The translations under genes were made by a program, and so were the position numbers. Below are positions 1-9,022 of a DNA stretch of 64,000 bases, in pieces (within the stretch, counting starts at the first letter, position 1; every line of letters starts with the position of its first letter). The stretch comes from an uncultured Rikenellaceae bacterium (lineage in GTDB: Bacteria > Bacteroidota > Bacteroidia > Bacteroidales > VadinHA17), in contig CAZEUL010000018.1 in the NCBI GenBank assembly GCA_964514725.1, positions 1,211 to 65,210 on the forward strand, read 5' to 3'. Below the pieces are notes generated by a model. That model saw nothing but the letters and a program-made list of their open reading frames with translations, did no database searches and was not told the origin of the DNA.

Positions 1-442
1 CGATGATAAGATCTATCTGAATATGGATAACGGACCTGATACCCTTCTCAAATACAGACCCAAAATTCTTGCGGAAATGGGTAAACGCTACAATATTGAG
101 TTTACTGAGAAAGAACTTAGGGAATTTGAAAAATATCCATCTTCCATTGGTGTTCCCATACAACAGATGAAAGCTTTTCTCAATGCTGACAATGCCGAAG
201 CCAGAAAAGCCTTTCAAACGGGAATTCCGATAGATTCAACTGATAATCAGCTTGCTAACTGGATTGTTTGTATACGTACGGTGAATCCTAACGTTCAGGC
301 CTGCATCAAAGGTGATTCTAAAACAGGTTTCCCGATTGTAAAGAAGACCCTTGATATTCTGCAGGAAAGAAATGTTAACAGGTTCAATCTGGTTACTAAT
401 CTTGAAGCTACAAAAATTAACCTGGAAGAAATACAGCAGTGA
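1..442 (+). CDS. exbD: ExbD/TolR family biopolymer transport protein, 5'-truncated by window edge
   Basis: Frame is open to the window start (DDKIYLN before Met at 23). C-terminus IKGDSKTGFPIVKKTLDILQERNVNRFNLVT is Bacteroidota ExbD-like. Followed by exbD and tonB. Confidence 0.8.
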   Translation, partial: DDKIYLNMDNGPDTLLKYRPKILAEMGKRYNIEFTEKELREFEKYPSSIGVPIQQMKAFLNADNAEARKAFQTGIPIDSTDNQLANWIVCIRTVNPNVQACIKGDSKTGFPIVKKTLDILQERNVNRFNLVTNLEATKINLEEIQQ

Positions 443-443
443 T

Positions 444-1115
444 ATGGCAGAAGTAGTAGTTGAGGAAAAAGGTAAAGGTGGTAAAAAGAAAGCAAAGAAG
501 CACCCACCTCGTATAGATATGACACCGATGGTTGACCTTATGTGTTTGCTCATCACGTTCTTTATGCTTACGACAGCTTTCAGTAAACCCAAGATTATGG
601 AAATTGTTCTTCCTGAGAAGATCAAGGACCCTACAAAGCAAGAAGCTCCGAAAATTTCAGCGAGCCGTACTCTGAATATTATTCTTGGTCCGGAAAATAA
701 GGTGTATACTTACCCCGGAACAGTTAAACCAGAGGATTACAATAATCTGCCTCCGCTTAATGAGACGGATTTCAGCCCTACCGGAATTCGCCAGATGCTG
801 CTTGAAAGAAACAGAGCTCTTTTCAAAAAGATAGATGATTTCAATCAGCAGGTTATCTCAGGAAAAATCAATATTTCCCAGGATTCTGTTCAGAGCTCTA
901 TCAGTAAGCTCAAACGAGATGATGATACCGGTCCGATTGTTCTGATTAAAGCCTATAAAGCGGCTAATTACGGCAATTTTGTGGATATTCTGGACGAAAT
1001 GAACATCTGTGGAATTGCCCGTTATACGTTTGTTGATATAGCATGGTACGAAGAGAAAATGGTGGAAACAGCTGCAGGAATAGCTTCTGCCACCACAAGC
1101 GCTTCAACCCGATAA
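444..1115 (+). CDS. exbD: ExbD/TolR family protein
   Basis: RIDMTPMVDLMCLLITFFML motif. ATG at 444 directly follows the upstream TGA (440-442), so it is preferred over the ORF-track start at 351. Confidence 0.9.
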   Translation: MAEVVVEEKGKGGKKKAKKHPPRIDMTPMVDLMCLLITFFMLTTAFSKPKIMEIVLPEKIKDPTKQEAPKISASRTLNIILGPENKVYTYPGTVKPEDYNNLPPLNETDFSPTGIRQMLLERNRALFKKIDDFNQQVISGKINISQDSVQSSISKLKRDDDTGPIVLIKAYKAANYGNFVDILDEMNICGIARYTFVDIAWYEEKMVETAAGIASATTSASTR

Positions 1116-1133
1116 CCCGTAAACCTTAATAAA

Positions 1134-1913
1134 ATGGCAAAAGAAAAGATCATTGCGCCTTCTTTCGATGATATAGTATTCGAAAAAAGAAATAAGGAGT
1201 ACGGTGCATACAGACTAAGGAAAAGATACAATCGTAATGTATTAATCTCATTGGTACTAGGCATAGTTATCATTAGTACTGCTGTTATTACACCGTACCT
1301 CAATGCGAAAGCCGCCGAGAACAGGGCTAAACGTGCTGAGAGACAGGTAGAAATAAAGATGGAGAATCTTGATCAGCCGGCGGAGCAAATTGCTCCTCCT
1401 CCTCCTCCTCCTCCTCCTCCACAGGATGTTGTTCAGCAAGCCAGATATGTACCTCCGGTAGTAGTCGATTCCGTAAAACCTGAGGAAACTGTTCAGCTAA
1501 TGACAGCAGATCAGGCCCAGGTTGAGGTTCGCGATGAAGAGGTTGTAGAAATTGTTCAGGAAGTTAAGGAAGAAGTACAGGAAGCAGAACCTGAAGCCGA
1601 ACCATTTGTTGTTGTCGAGGAAATGCCTATGTACCCTGGCGGTGATGCAGCTCTTCTCCAATATATTGCTGAACATACCCAGTATCCTGAAGTAGCTAAG
1701 GAAAATAACATCCAGGGAAAAGTTATTGTCAGATTTTGTGTGACATCAAAAGGCACGGTTGACAGAGTATCTGTTCTTAAGGGTGTTGATCCTGAGCTTG
1801 ATAAAGAAGCTATTAGAGTTGTACAGACACTTCCTGCGTTTAAACCAGGTAAACAGGGTGGAAAACCTGTTCCTGTTTGGTACATGGTACCAATAAACTT
1901 TACTCTGAAATAA
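1134..1913 (+). CDS. tonB: TonB energy transducer
   Basis: FDDIVFEKRNKEYGAY N-terminus, single TM helix, polyproline linker, TonB_C domain (YPEVAKENNIQGKVIVRFCV...GKPVPVWYMVPINF). Confidence 0.95.
   Translation: MAKEKIIAPSFDDIVFEKRNKEYGAYRLRKRYNRNVLISLVLGIVIISTAVITPYLNAKAAENRAKRAERQVEIKMENLDQPAEQIAPPPPPPPPPQDVVQQARYVPPVVVDSVKPEETVQLMTADQAQVEVRDEEVVEIVQEVKEEVQEAEPEAEPFVVVEEMPMYPGGDAALLQYIAEHTQYPEVAKENNIQGKVIVRFCVTSKGTVDRVSVLKGVDPELDKEAIRVVQTLPAFKPGKQGGKPVPVWYMVPINFTLK
1395..1421 (+). repeat. (CCT)8-CCA trinucleotide tract encoding 9 prolines in TonB
   Basis: Eight identical CCT codons read directly. Confidence 0.95.
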
Positions 1914-1930
1914 ATATGTTCTTTATAATT

Positions 1931-1964
1931 AAAAAGGCTGGATTTTCTAATTCAGCCTTTTTTT
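1931..1964. terminator. Bidirectional intrinsic terminator between convergent tonB and ltaE
   Basis: AAAAAGGCTG(GA)...(TT)CAGCCTTTTT stem with A and T tracts on both sides. Confidence 0.85.
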
Positions 1965-3007
1965 ATTTGTCCAAGTTCTTCCTTCAGATAATATACAAAT
2001 CCCTCAATATCCTCCTCTGATGTATCCCAGCTTGTCATTAGCCTGTATTCTGAAATCGTCTCGTCCCATGGATAAAAGAAATACTTTTTGCTGACTCGTT
2101 CTGCTATCTCAGGCGGCAAAATTAAGAACACTCCATTTGCCTCTACAGGTTGCGTTATTCTGATCCCCTCAAGCATACATATTTTGTCAGCAAGGATTCT
2201 TGCCATTGAATTAGAATGAGATGCACATTTCTTCCATAGCTCGTCCCTGAAATAAGCAATATACTGTGCTGAAATAAACCGCATCTTGGAGGCGAGCTGC
2301 ATCCCCTGTTTTCTGACATATTTGAAATCTGTTGAAATACCTTTTCGTAGAAAGCACACAGCTTCACCATACATCATACCATTTTTAGTTCCTCCGAAAG
2401 ACAGGATATCCACTCCCAAATCAGTCGTAAATGCCTTGAAGGGCAATTTAAGTGAGACTGCTGCATTTGCAATCCGGGCACCGTCCATATGAAGATACAT
2501 CCCATTTGAGTGAGCAAATTCTGCCAGATTTCTGATTTCCTCAATTGTATAAACCGTTCCCATTTCCGAAGCCTGTGTAATGGATATAACCTTAGGCTGT
2601 GAATGGTGCTCAAAATCCAAACCATGCATGTGTTGTTGGATCATATCAGATGTTATCTTTCCATCTGGTGTTTCCACAGTCAACACCTTGCATCCTATGA
2701 ACTTCTCTGGTGCACCACATTCATCCTCTTCTATATGTGCGGATGAAGCAGTAATAATTGAATTCCATGATTTAGCTACACTGCTTAATCCAAGTACATT
2801 TGCTGCCGTACCATTGAAAACAAAATATGTTTCAGTCTCTTCTCCGAAATGATTTCTGAAAAGCTCCATTGCTTCTTCAGTGTAAATATCGGCACCATAT
2901 CCGATAGCATGACCCTCATTTATCCTTATAAGCTCATCTAATATAACCGGATGAACCCCTGCATTGTTGTCGCTCGCAAATCCTCTCCAAAACAGTTTTT
3001 TACCCAT
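1952..3007 (-). CDS. ltaE: Low-specificity L-threonine aldolase (PLP-dependent)
   Basis: FASDNNAG, LHMDGARIANA and SFGGTKNG (PLP lysine) motifs. Confidence 0.9.
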   Translation of the reverse strand: MGKKLFWRGFASDNNAGVHPVILDELIRINEGHAIGYGADIYTEEAMELFRNHFGEETETYFVFNGTAANVLGLSSVAKSWNSIITASSAHIEEDECGAPEKFIGCKVLTVETPDGKITSDMIQQHMHGLDFEHHSQPKVISITQASEMGTVYTIEEIRNLAEFAHSNGMYLHMDGARIANAAVSLKLPFKAFTTDLGVDILSFGGTKNGMMYGEAVCFLRKGISTDFKYVRKQGMQLASKMRFISAQYIAYFRDELWKKCASHSNSMARILADKICMLEGIRITQPVEANGVFLILPPEIAERVSKKYFFYPWDETISEYRLMTSWDTSEEDIEGFVYYLKEELGQIKKG

Positions 3008-3077
3008 AACTTATTAATAAACCTAACCACTTATATTTGTGATTATTAATGTAGCCTTGCCAGTAGATTTTGGCTTC

Positions 3078-4151
3078 TTATAATCTGTTTATAATTTTTG
3101 CCATATACTCTCGTGCCAGTGTAACCTGTTCATGAACGAATTCAATTCCTCCAACTGAATGATCTTCATTAAGGACCTGATGACAAAGTTCGAAAGTAAA
3201 GTAGCCTTCATATCCTATCTCATTCATAAGATTTATATAATGCTCATAATCTGGGATCTTACCGCCGGCATAATAATCAAGAACCCGTGGTTTAATGTTT
3301 CCCTGCGGGTCACGAAAGTACTCCCCTCCAAAATGTGAGTGTACCTGAAGTTTGCCTACATTTCTAACTGCATTAGCAACATATTCTTTATCAAGGTTTT
3401 CGAAGATTGGTAAATCAAGGCAGATCTTAAGCCATTGTGAATCAACCTCTTTAACAAGATCAAGAGTATCTTTCCAACCTCTGATCAAGGGAGCATGATT
3501 CTGCAAGACCATTACTATTCCGTATTCTTCTCCCATTTTTGCAGCTTCACGCAGGCAGTCCTTAACAAAATTATATCTGTCCAGACGGGTGGCAAAGGGG
3601 TACTGGCGTTGAAATGTGTAAAACTCATTGCCTCTTGTCAGCTCGTAAGTTCCGATTCCATTGTGGATAGGGACACCCGGCCAGGCTGCGAAAAGTCTTA
3701 CGAACTTTGCCCCAAGGTCTTTTGCAAGCTTTGCCGTTTCACGAACCATAAGAAGCTGGCATTCCCTGTGTTCAGGTATCGGACTTGAGAAATCGTTATT
3801 AGCAGCCACACACGGGATTTCAAGACCGTATTTAGCAAGAGAGTTCTTCATTTCTTCACGTCTTTTCTGACTCAGGTCCATAGGGTTACCCATAGGGCGC
3901 TTGTTATCAAGTTCGACCCCGTCAAATCCCGCTTCCTTTGCCCGTTTACATGTCTCTTCAAAACTGAGAGCTGGTCCATTGTACCATATACCTCCATATG
4001 TTATAGTGTACAAACCGATCTTTATTCTCCCGGTGTTACCGGATTTTTTTCCGATTTCTTTCTGGCCCGGATTGATGTTAGGAGTAACACTGCTCAGCAT
4101 AGCTGCCCCAGCAGCAGCTCCGGATGTTTCAATGAATTTTCTGCGGTCCAT
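3078..4151 (-). CDS. Tat-exported sugar phosphate isomerase/epimerase-like TIM barrel (AP_endonuc_2-like)
   Basis: MDRRKFIETSGAAAGAAML Tat leader. GFDGVEL, LQNH, ICLDLP, HSHF and YFTFELCH metal-site pattern. Confidence 0.85.
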   Translation of the reverse strand: MDRRKFIETSGAAAGAAMLSSVTPNINPGQKEIGKKSGNTGRIKIGLYTITYGGIWYNGPALSFEETCKRAKEAGFDGVELDNKRPMGNPMDLSQKRREEMKNSLAKYGLEIPCVAANNDFSSPIPEHRECQLLMVRETAKLAKDLGAKFVRLFAAWPGVPIHNGIGTYELTRGNEFYTFQRQYPFATRLDRYNFVKDCLREAAKMGEEYGIVMVLQNHAPLIRGWKDTLDLVKEVDSQWLKICLDLPIFENLDKEYVANAVRNVGKLQVHSHFGGEYFRDPQGNIKPRVLDYYAGGKIPDYEHYINLMNEIGYEGYFTFELCHQVLNEDHSVGGIEFVHEQVTLAREYMAKIINRL

Positions 4152-4315
4152 AATAATAAGTTTTTAATCCTTAATTGACTTAATTGGTGAAAGACTGTAG
4201 GTTTTTACCCGACTCAGGTCAAATTATCATTAAAAATGTCTCTAAAGTATCGTTCCGTGGAATTACTTTACAAAATACATGGTAACTATCCTTAAAAACA
4301 GGGGTGATTTTTCAT

Positions 4316-4513
4316 TCAGCTTTTCTTTTTCCTTGCAAAAAAGAGCATTGTCAGGCCAAAGAGAAGCATAAAAATGCCCATTATAATGTTCACATTAAAA
4401 CCAAGGGATCTTACATACATTTCACTGTCGGAATTTGTAATGAATCCGAAAAATGTTATCAATATCCCAAGTATTGAGAACATAAATCCTATTGGAATTC
4501 TAATATCTACCAT
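4316..4513 (-). CDS. Small two-TM membrane protein downstream of the SSS transporter
   Basis: MVDIRIPIGFMFSILGILIT...GIFMLLFGLTML with two hydrophobic helices. ATG at 4513 lies 10 nt after the SSS stop. Confidence 0.75.
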   Translation of the reverse strand: MVDIRIPIGFMFSILGILITFFGFITNSDSEMYVRSLGFNVNIIMGIFMLLFGLTMLFFARKKKS

Positions 4514-4523
4514 TTTTTTCCTC

Positions 4524-6254
4524 CTACCAGAATAAAACACTTAATATAATACAAACTACAATTACAATTACAGCCAGTCCTGCGGGACGCCGGTACCAAA
4601 CGACATTCTCCTCAACGAGACGTGGAGTAAGGGAATAGACAAGTCCTTTAAGATCAGTTTCTGTTTTAATTTGCCGGGTCATAAATGACAGACCGACAGT
4701 AATGAAGGTTGCTGTACTGAATGCGATTATTGCTGTCCAGAAATTCTGAGCCATTTCAACAGGATAGGTATGAACAACTGCAATCCAGCCTCCCTTAACG
4801 AGTGTTGCTGCTCCAGCGGGTATCGTCAGTCCATGGTGCAACAGCGCCATCAGAAATCCGGATAAAAGACCAGTGAATGCAGCATGACCGGTTGTCCTTT
4901 TCCAGAACATGCCAAGAAAAATAACAGCAAAAAGAGGAGCATTTATCATTGAGAATATTGTCTGCAGGAAATCCATTATATTTCCGAATTTGGTGGCAAT
5001 ATAAGCTGATGCAATACTTAGCAACACACCACATATAGTAGCAATTCGTCCTACATTAAGGTAATGTCGGCCGTCAGCATCCTCATTACCAGTAGGTTTT
5101 CGTATATAGCTCTGGTATATATCATATGTCCAGACAGTATTGAAAGCTGATACATTTCCGGCCATACCCGACATGAAAGAGGCCAAAAGGGCTGTTATGC
5201 CCAGCCCTAGTACCCCTGAAGGCAGGTACTGTTTTAATAACATTATAATTGTATAATCATATATTGGTTTTCCATTAGGATCAAGAGGCATGATAAAATT
5301 CTTTGAAGGATCTTTCCAGAGTGCGAGAGCAATAATTCCCGGGACAATGATCAAAAAAGGAATAAACATTTTAGGAAGTGCTCCGATTAAAGGTACTTTC
5401 CTAGCAGCAGTTATTGATTCAGCGGCGAATGCCCTCTGGACAATAAGAAAATTCGTACACCAGTAACCGAAAGAAAGAACGAACCCCAGCCCAAACAGTA
5501 TACCAAACCATTCAACGCCAAGAGGATTGGATGATGCATGTCCTGAATATTTCCATGTTGTTGTCCAGGCATCAGCTGCATATCCCATATCAGTTGAAAT
5601 CGGGGCAAGGCTGCCTTTAAGACCTGCCCATCCTCCAATATCTTTAAGGCTGAGAAAAACCAGAGGAAGCAATCCAATAACAATTATGAAGAACTGTAAG
5701 ACCTCGTTATATATTGCTGATGAGAGACCTCCCAGGTAGGTATATCCCAGAACGATAAGAGCAGAGATCCAAAGGCTTAGATTAAAATCCCAACCGAGTA
5801 CTTTCTCCATAAGAATGGCCAGGGCATACATTGAAATACCTGATGCCAGAATTGTCATAACTGCAAAAAGGATTGCATTCAGAGCCCTGGTTTTTTCATC
5901 ATACCTTAATTTTAGAAACTCCGGTACTGATCTTGCTTTTGAACCGTAATAAAACGGCATCATAAACAATGCAAGAAAAATCATTGCTGGAATTGCCCCT
6001 ATCCAATAAAAATGAGTAGTAAGCATACCATATTTCATTCCTGAACCTGTCATGCCCATAACTTCAAGAGCCCCCAGATTTGTTGAAATAAAAGCAAGAC
6101 CAGCAACCCAGGCAGGTATAGAACGTCCTGCCTCAAGAAATGCATTGGCATTTTTCATATATTTCTTTAGAAACCATCCTATGCCAAGCACAAAAACAAA
6201 ATAGATTATCATGATTAAATAATCTATCCAGCTCAACTCTAGTTTTTCAAGCAT
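4524..6254 (-). CDS. Sodium:solute symporter (SSS), probably sugar/polyol
   Basis: IDYLIMIIYF, EAGRSIPAW, EFLKLRYD, QRAFAA and LASFMSGMAGNVSAFNTVWTYDIY motifs, many TM helices. Confidence 0.92.
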   Translation of the reverse strand: MLEKLELSWIDYLIMIIYFVFVLGIGWFLKKYMKNANAFLEAGRSIPAWVAGLAFISTNLGALEVMGMTGSGMKYGMLTTHFYWIGAIPAMIFLALFMMPFYYGSKARSVPEFLKLRYDEKTRALNAILFAVMTILASGISMYALAILMEKVLGWDFNLSLWISALIVLGYTYLGGLSSAIYNEVLQFFIIVIGLLPLVFLSLKDIGGWAGLKGSLAPISTDMGYAADAWTTTWKYSGHASSNPLGVEWFGILFGLGFVLSFGYWCTNFLIVQRAFAAESITAARKVPLIGALPKMFIPFLIIVPGIIALALWKDPSKNFIMPLDPNGKPIYDYTIIMLLKQYLPSGVLGLGITALLASFMSGMAGNVSAFNTVWTYDIYQSYIRKPTGNEDADGRHYLNVGRIATICGVLLSIASAYIATKFGNIMDFLQTIFSMINAPLFAVIFLGMFWKRTTGHAAFTGLLSGFLMALLHHGLTIPAGAATLVKGGWIAVVHTYPVEMAQNFWTAIIAFSTATFITVGLSFMTRQIKTETDLKGLVYSLTPRLVEENVVWYRRPAGLAVIVIVVCIILSVLFW

Positions 6255-6491
6255 AATAAAAGTTATTAATTGGTTTTATCAAAAACTAATATTGTTCTCA
6301 GGTTAAATTTCCGTTAACTCATTCAGAGTAAAAATACTTATTAAGATCGATTTTTATGCACCCTGTAACCAATTTTTAAAAAAACTTAATAAAAACTATT
6401 GTCCTCCTGACAGAAATAAATCCTCAGGAATGTGGAAACATAACTCATTACTTAAACCTTAAATAAATGTTTTCTGATACCATTTGATCGA

Positions 6492-6499
6492 TATCTTTG
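6492..6499 (+). promoter_or_regulatory. Bacteroidota -7 promoter box (TATCTTTG) for truA
   Basis: Exact TAnnTTTG 13 nt before the TTG start. Confidence 0.65.
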
Positions 6500-6512
6500 C
6501 AGAAAACAAATT

Positions 6513-7274
6513 TTGAAAAACCGGTATTTCATATTTATTTCTTTCAGGGGGACATCCTATCATGGGTGGCAGATACAACCCAATGCTTCATCGGTTCAGA
6601 AGATTCTTAATGAAAGTCTATCTCTCATTCTGGAAGAAAAGATATGTACTACGGGAGCAGGAAGGACAGATTCAGGAGTTCATGCAACAGTTTTTTGCGC
6701 TCATTTTGACAGCGGTTCAGATATCCTGAAATCAAAAGAAACACTCATTTACAGATTAAACAGGTTACTTCCAGAGGACATAGCCGTAATGTCAATCAGG
6801 AAAGTTGAAAAAGATGCACATGCTCGTTTCAGTGCATTGTCCAGAACCTATAAATATTTCATAGCAAGAACAAAAGACCCTTTTATTAAAAGCACCAGTT
6901 GGTATATCTATGGCAATCTGGATATTAAAGAAATGAATAACGCAGCAGGGATTCTTCTAAAACACTCTGACTTTACAAGTTTCAGCAGACTTCATTCCGA
7001 CAACAAGACAAATTTGTGCAAGATTTTTTCAGCTTCATGGGATATTGAAGAGAATAAGCTTATTTTCACAATAAGAGCTGACAGGTTCCTCAGGAATATG
7101 GTAAGAGCCATAGTTGGGACGATGATTGATATCGGTAAGGGAAAAATCACGCTGGAAAAGTTTGAAGAAATAATCACCGCAAAGGACCGTTCAATGGCTG
7201 GAATGTCTGCTCCAGCCAAAGGATTGTTTTTAACGGACATTGAATATCCTGAAACTTTGTTTATAGGTACATGA
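6513..7274 (+). CDS. truA: tRNA pseudouridine(38-40) synthase
   Basis: YHGWQIQPN, GAGRTDSGVHA, HARFSA and FLRNMVRAIVGT motifs. TTG start. Confidence 0.96.
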   Translation: MKNRYFIFISFRGTSYHGWQIQPNASSVQKILNESLSLILEEKICTTGAGRTDSGVHATVFCAHFDSGSDILKSKETLIYRLNRLLPEDIAVMSIRKVEKDAHARFSALSRTYKYFIARTKDPFIKSTSWYIYGNLDIKEMNNAAGILLKHSDFTSFSRLHSDNKTNLCKIFSASWDIEENKLIFTIRADRFLRNMVRAIVGTMIDIGKGKITLEKFEEIITAKDRSMAGMSAPAKGLFLTDIEYPETLFIGT

Positions 7275-7324
7275 TGTAATTTTATAAACTATTTAACTAA
7301 TTCCAATACAAGCAAATACAGAGA

Positions 7325-7344
7325 ATTGTTAAATAATTAACAAT
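7325..7344. promoter_or_regulatory. Perfect inverted repeat ATTGTTAA-N4-TTAACAAT, candidate operator upstream of exbB
   Basis: 8-bp arms with a 4-nt spacer, upstream of a -7-like TACTTTCG at 7367-7374. Confidence 0.5.
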
Positions 7345-7414
7345 ATAATATCAGGAAATAATTAAATACTTTCGTCGTTTGATATTAAAATAACTTTTAA
7401 AAAAGCAGGAACTT

Positions 7415-8071
7415 ATGATTTTAATACAAGTATTTTCTGAAGCTATTAATGGTATTGATTCAGGGAAGGTCACTACAGTCCTTGATCTGATGATGAAAGG
7501 CGGAATCATAATGATCCCTATAGTGCTTCTTTCTCTTATCAGTGTTTATATTTTCATTGAAAGATATGTATATATAAGAAGATTATCAATTATTGATAAT
7601 GGACTCATACCATCAATACTCAATGAATTGAAGGATGGTCAGAAAGACAAAGCAGTTATGAGGGCAAGGAATGATCAGGCTTCAGTTGGCAGAATTCTTG
7701 AAAGCGGGCTGGATAAGTTAGGTAAACCAATTAGTGAGGTTGAAAGGAATCTTGAAACTATTACTAACCTTGAAATCACAAAAATGGAAAATTATACGGG
7801 TTACCTGGGAATTATAGCAGGGATAGCACCAATGCTCGGTTTTATAGGAACAATATCGGGTGTTATTAAAATTTTCTATAATATTTCACTTGCTGATAAT
7901 ATAAGTATTGGAATCATTGCCGGCGGCTTATATCAAAAAATGATATGTAGCGGAGCAGGCCTTATTGTTGGAGTACTTGCTTACGCCGCTTACCACTATC
8001 TTCAGATGAAGATCGACAGGTACACTATCAGACTTCAGGAATCTCTTGTTCAGTTCTTAAAAGCCTTTTAA
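7415..8071 (+). CDS. exbB: MotA/TolQ/ExbB proton channel
   Basis: KGGIIMIPI...IFIER and IAPMLGFIGTISG...GLIVG motifs. Confidence 0.92.
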   Translation: MILIQVFSEAINGIDSGKVTTVLDLMMKGGIIMIPIVLLSLISVYIFIERYVYIRRLSIIDNGLIPSILNELKDGQKDKAVMRARNDQASVGRILESGLDKLGKPISEVERNLETITNLEITKMENYTGYLGIIAGIAPMLGFIGTISGVIKIFYNISLADNISIGIIAGGLYQKMICSGAGLIVGVLAYAAYHYLQMKIDRYTIRLQESLVQFLKAF

Positions 8072-8072
8072 A

Positions 8073-8480
8073 ATGAATATCAGAAGAAATAAACACTTTA
8101 AGCCGGAAGTATCAACATCCTCTCTGAATGATATAATGTTCTTCCTACTTTTATTTTTTCTTATCGTGTCGACATTGGCCAATCCAAATGTTATCAAGGT
8201 TCTTCTGCCAACATCAAAATCAGCACAGAACATCAATAAACAACAAATAAATCTTACAGTTACAGAAGATAAAAGGTATTACATCAATCAAAAGGAGATT
8301 CTTTTCCAACAATTGGAACAGGAACTCCTTGTTCAGACAAAAGGCTTGGAAGGACCAACCATTATCTTACGTTTCGCCAGAAATCTTAATATTCAGGATT
8401 TGATAGATGTTATGGAGATCGGTGTAAGACTAAATATTAAAATGGTACTGGCAACTGACAAAGCACCCCAGCAGTCATAA
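8073..8480 (+). CDS. exbD: ExbD/TolR family protein
   Basis: SSLNDIMFFLLLFFLI motif, follows exbB. Confidence 0.92.
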   Translation: MNIRRNKHFKPEVSTSSLNDIMFFLLLFFLIVSTLANPNVIKVLLPTSKSAQNINKQQINLTVTEDKRYYINQKEILFQQLEQELLVQTKGLEGPTIILRFARNLNIQDLIDVMEIGVRLNIKMVLATDKAPQQS

Positions 8481-8572
8481 AGTCCGTTTTGATTTTCAGA
8501 CAGATTCCAAGGCTTCCTTTGCAATTTGTGATAAAAGTGTTTCCGGATTAAAGACGGAATCTTTAGCAACCC

Positions 8573-8616
8573 TGGTGATATTTATCACAATTATTTTACT
8601 GTTATATATTTCACAA
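8573..8616. promoter_or_regulatory. Tandem Rex/Crp-like boxes upstream of nuoA
   Basis: TGGTGAT-ATTT-ATCACAA (8573-8590) and CTGTTAT-ATAT-TTCACAA (8599-8616), compared with the Rex consensus TTGTGAA-N4-TTCACAA. Confidence 0.55.
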
Positions 8617-8632
8617 TGCAGTAAAGAAGTTA

Positions 8633-8640
8633 TATTTTTG
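8633..8640 (+). promoter_or_regulatory. -7 promoter box (TATTTTTG) of the nuo operon
   Basis: Exact TAnnTTTG 31 nt before the nuoA ATG. Confidence 0.6.
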
Positions 8641-8671
8641 GGCAAGTTTTTTCTTAGCTACACCTGTTTTT

Positions 8672-9022
8672 ATGAGTAATGAATGGCTGGTTTTGTTCTT
8701 TCTCACAGGGGCAATATTTGTTGGTCTGGTATTGGTCCTGTCAGGAATAATCGCCCCTAAATCAATTAATCCTCAAAAATTTGAACCATATGAATGCGGC
8801 ATTCCAACGCAGGGAGTGACATGGCTTCAGTTTAATGTAGGATATTACCTTTTCGCAATACTTTTTCTGGTTTTCGATGTCGAGACAGTGCTGGTATTTC
8901 CCTGGGCTGTTGTTATGAAAGAGGTCGGACTTATTGCTTTTATTGAAATAATAATATTTTTTCTCATCCTTGGCCTGGGATTACTCTATGCCTGGAAAAA
9001 ACATGCTCTTGTATGGGAATAA
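8672..9022 (+). CDS. nuoA: NADH-quinone oxidoreductase subunit A
   Basis: PYECG and [22 protein letters not shown] motifs. Confidence 0.97.
   Translation: MSNEWLVLFFLTGAIFVGLVLVLSGIIAPKSINPQKFEPYECGIPTQGVTWLQFNVGYYLFAILFLVFDVETVLVFPWAVVMKEVGLIAFIEIIIFFLILGLGLLYAWKKHALVWE

Noticed and set aside
351-443. N-terminal extension of the second exbD in the ORF track
   Set aside because: Overlaps the upstream exbD. ATG at 444 fits the family start.
3032-3039. TATATTTG on the + strand, antisense to flanking genes
   Set aside because: No -33 element or downstream ORF, and the motif is expected by chance in AT-rich DNA.
8483-8562. Alternative pairings (TCCGTTTT or AGATTCC with AAGACGGAATCT) suggesting a riboswitch before nuoA
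   Set aside because: Lies upstream of the predicted nuo promoter, stems are only 7-8 bp, and no aptamer motif was recognised.
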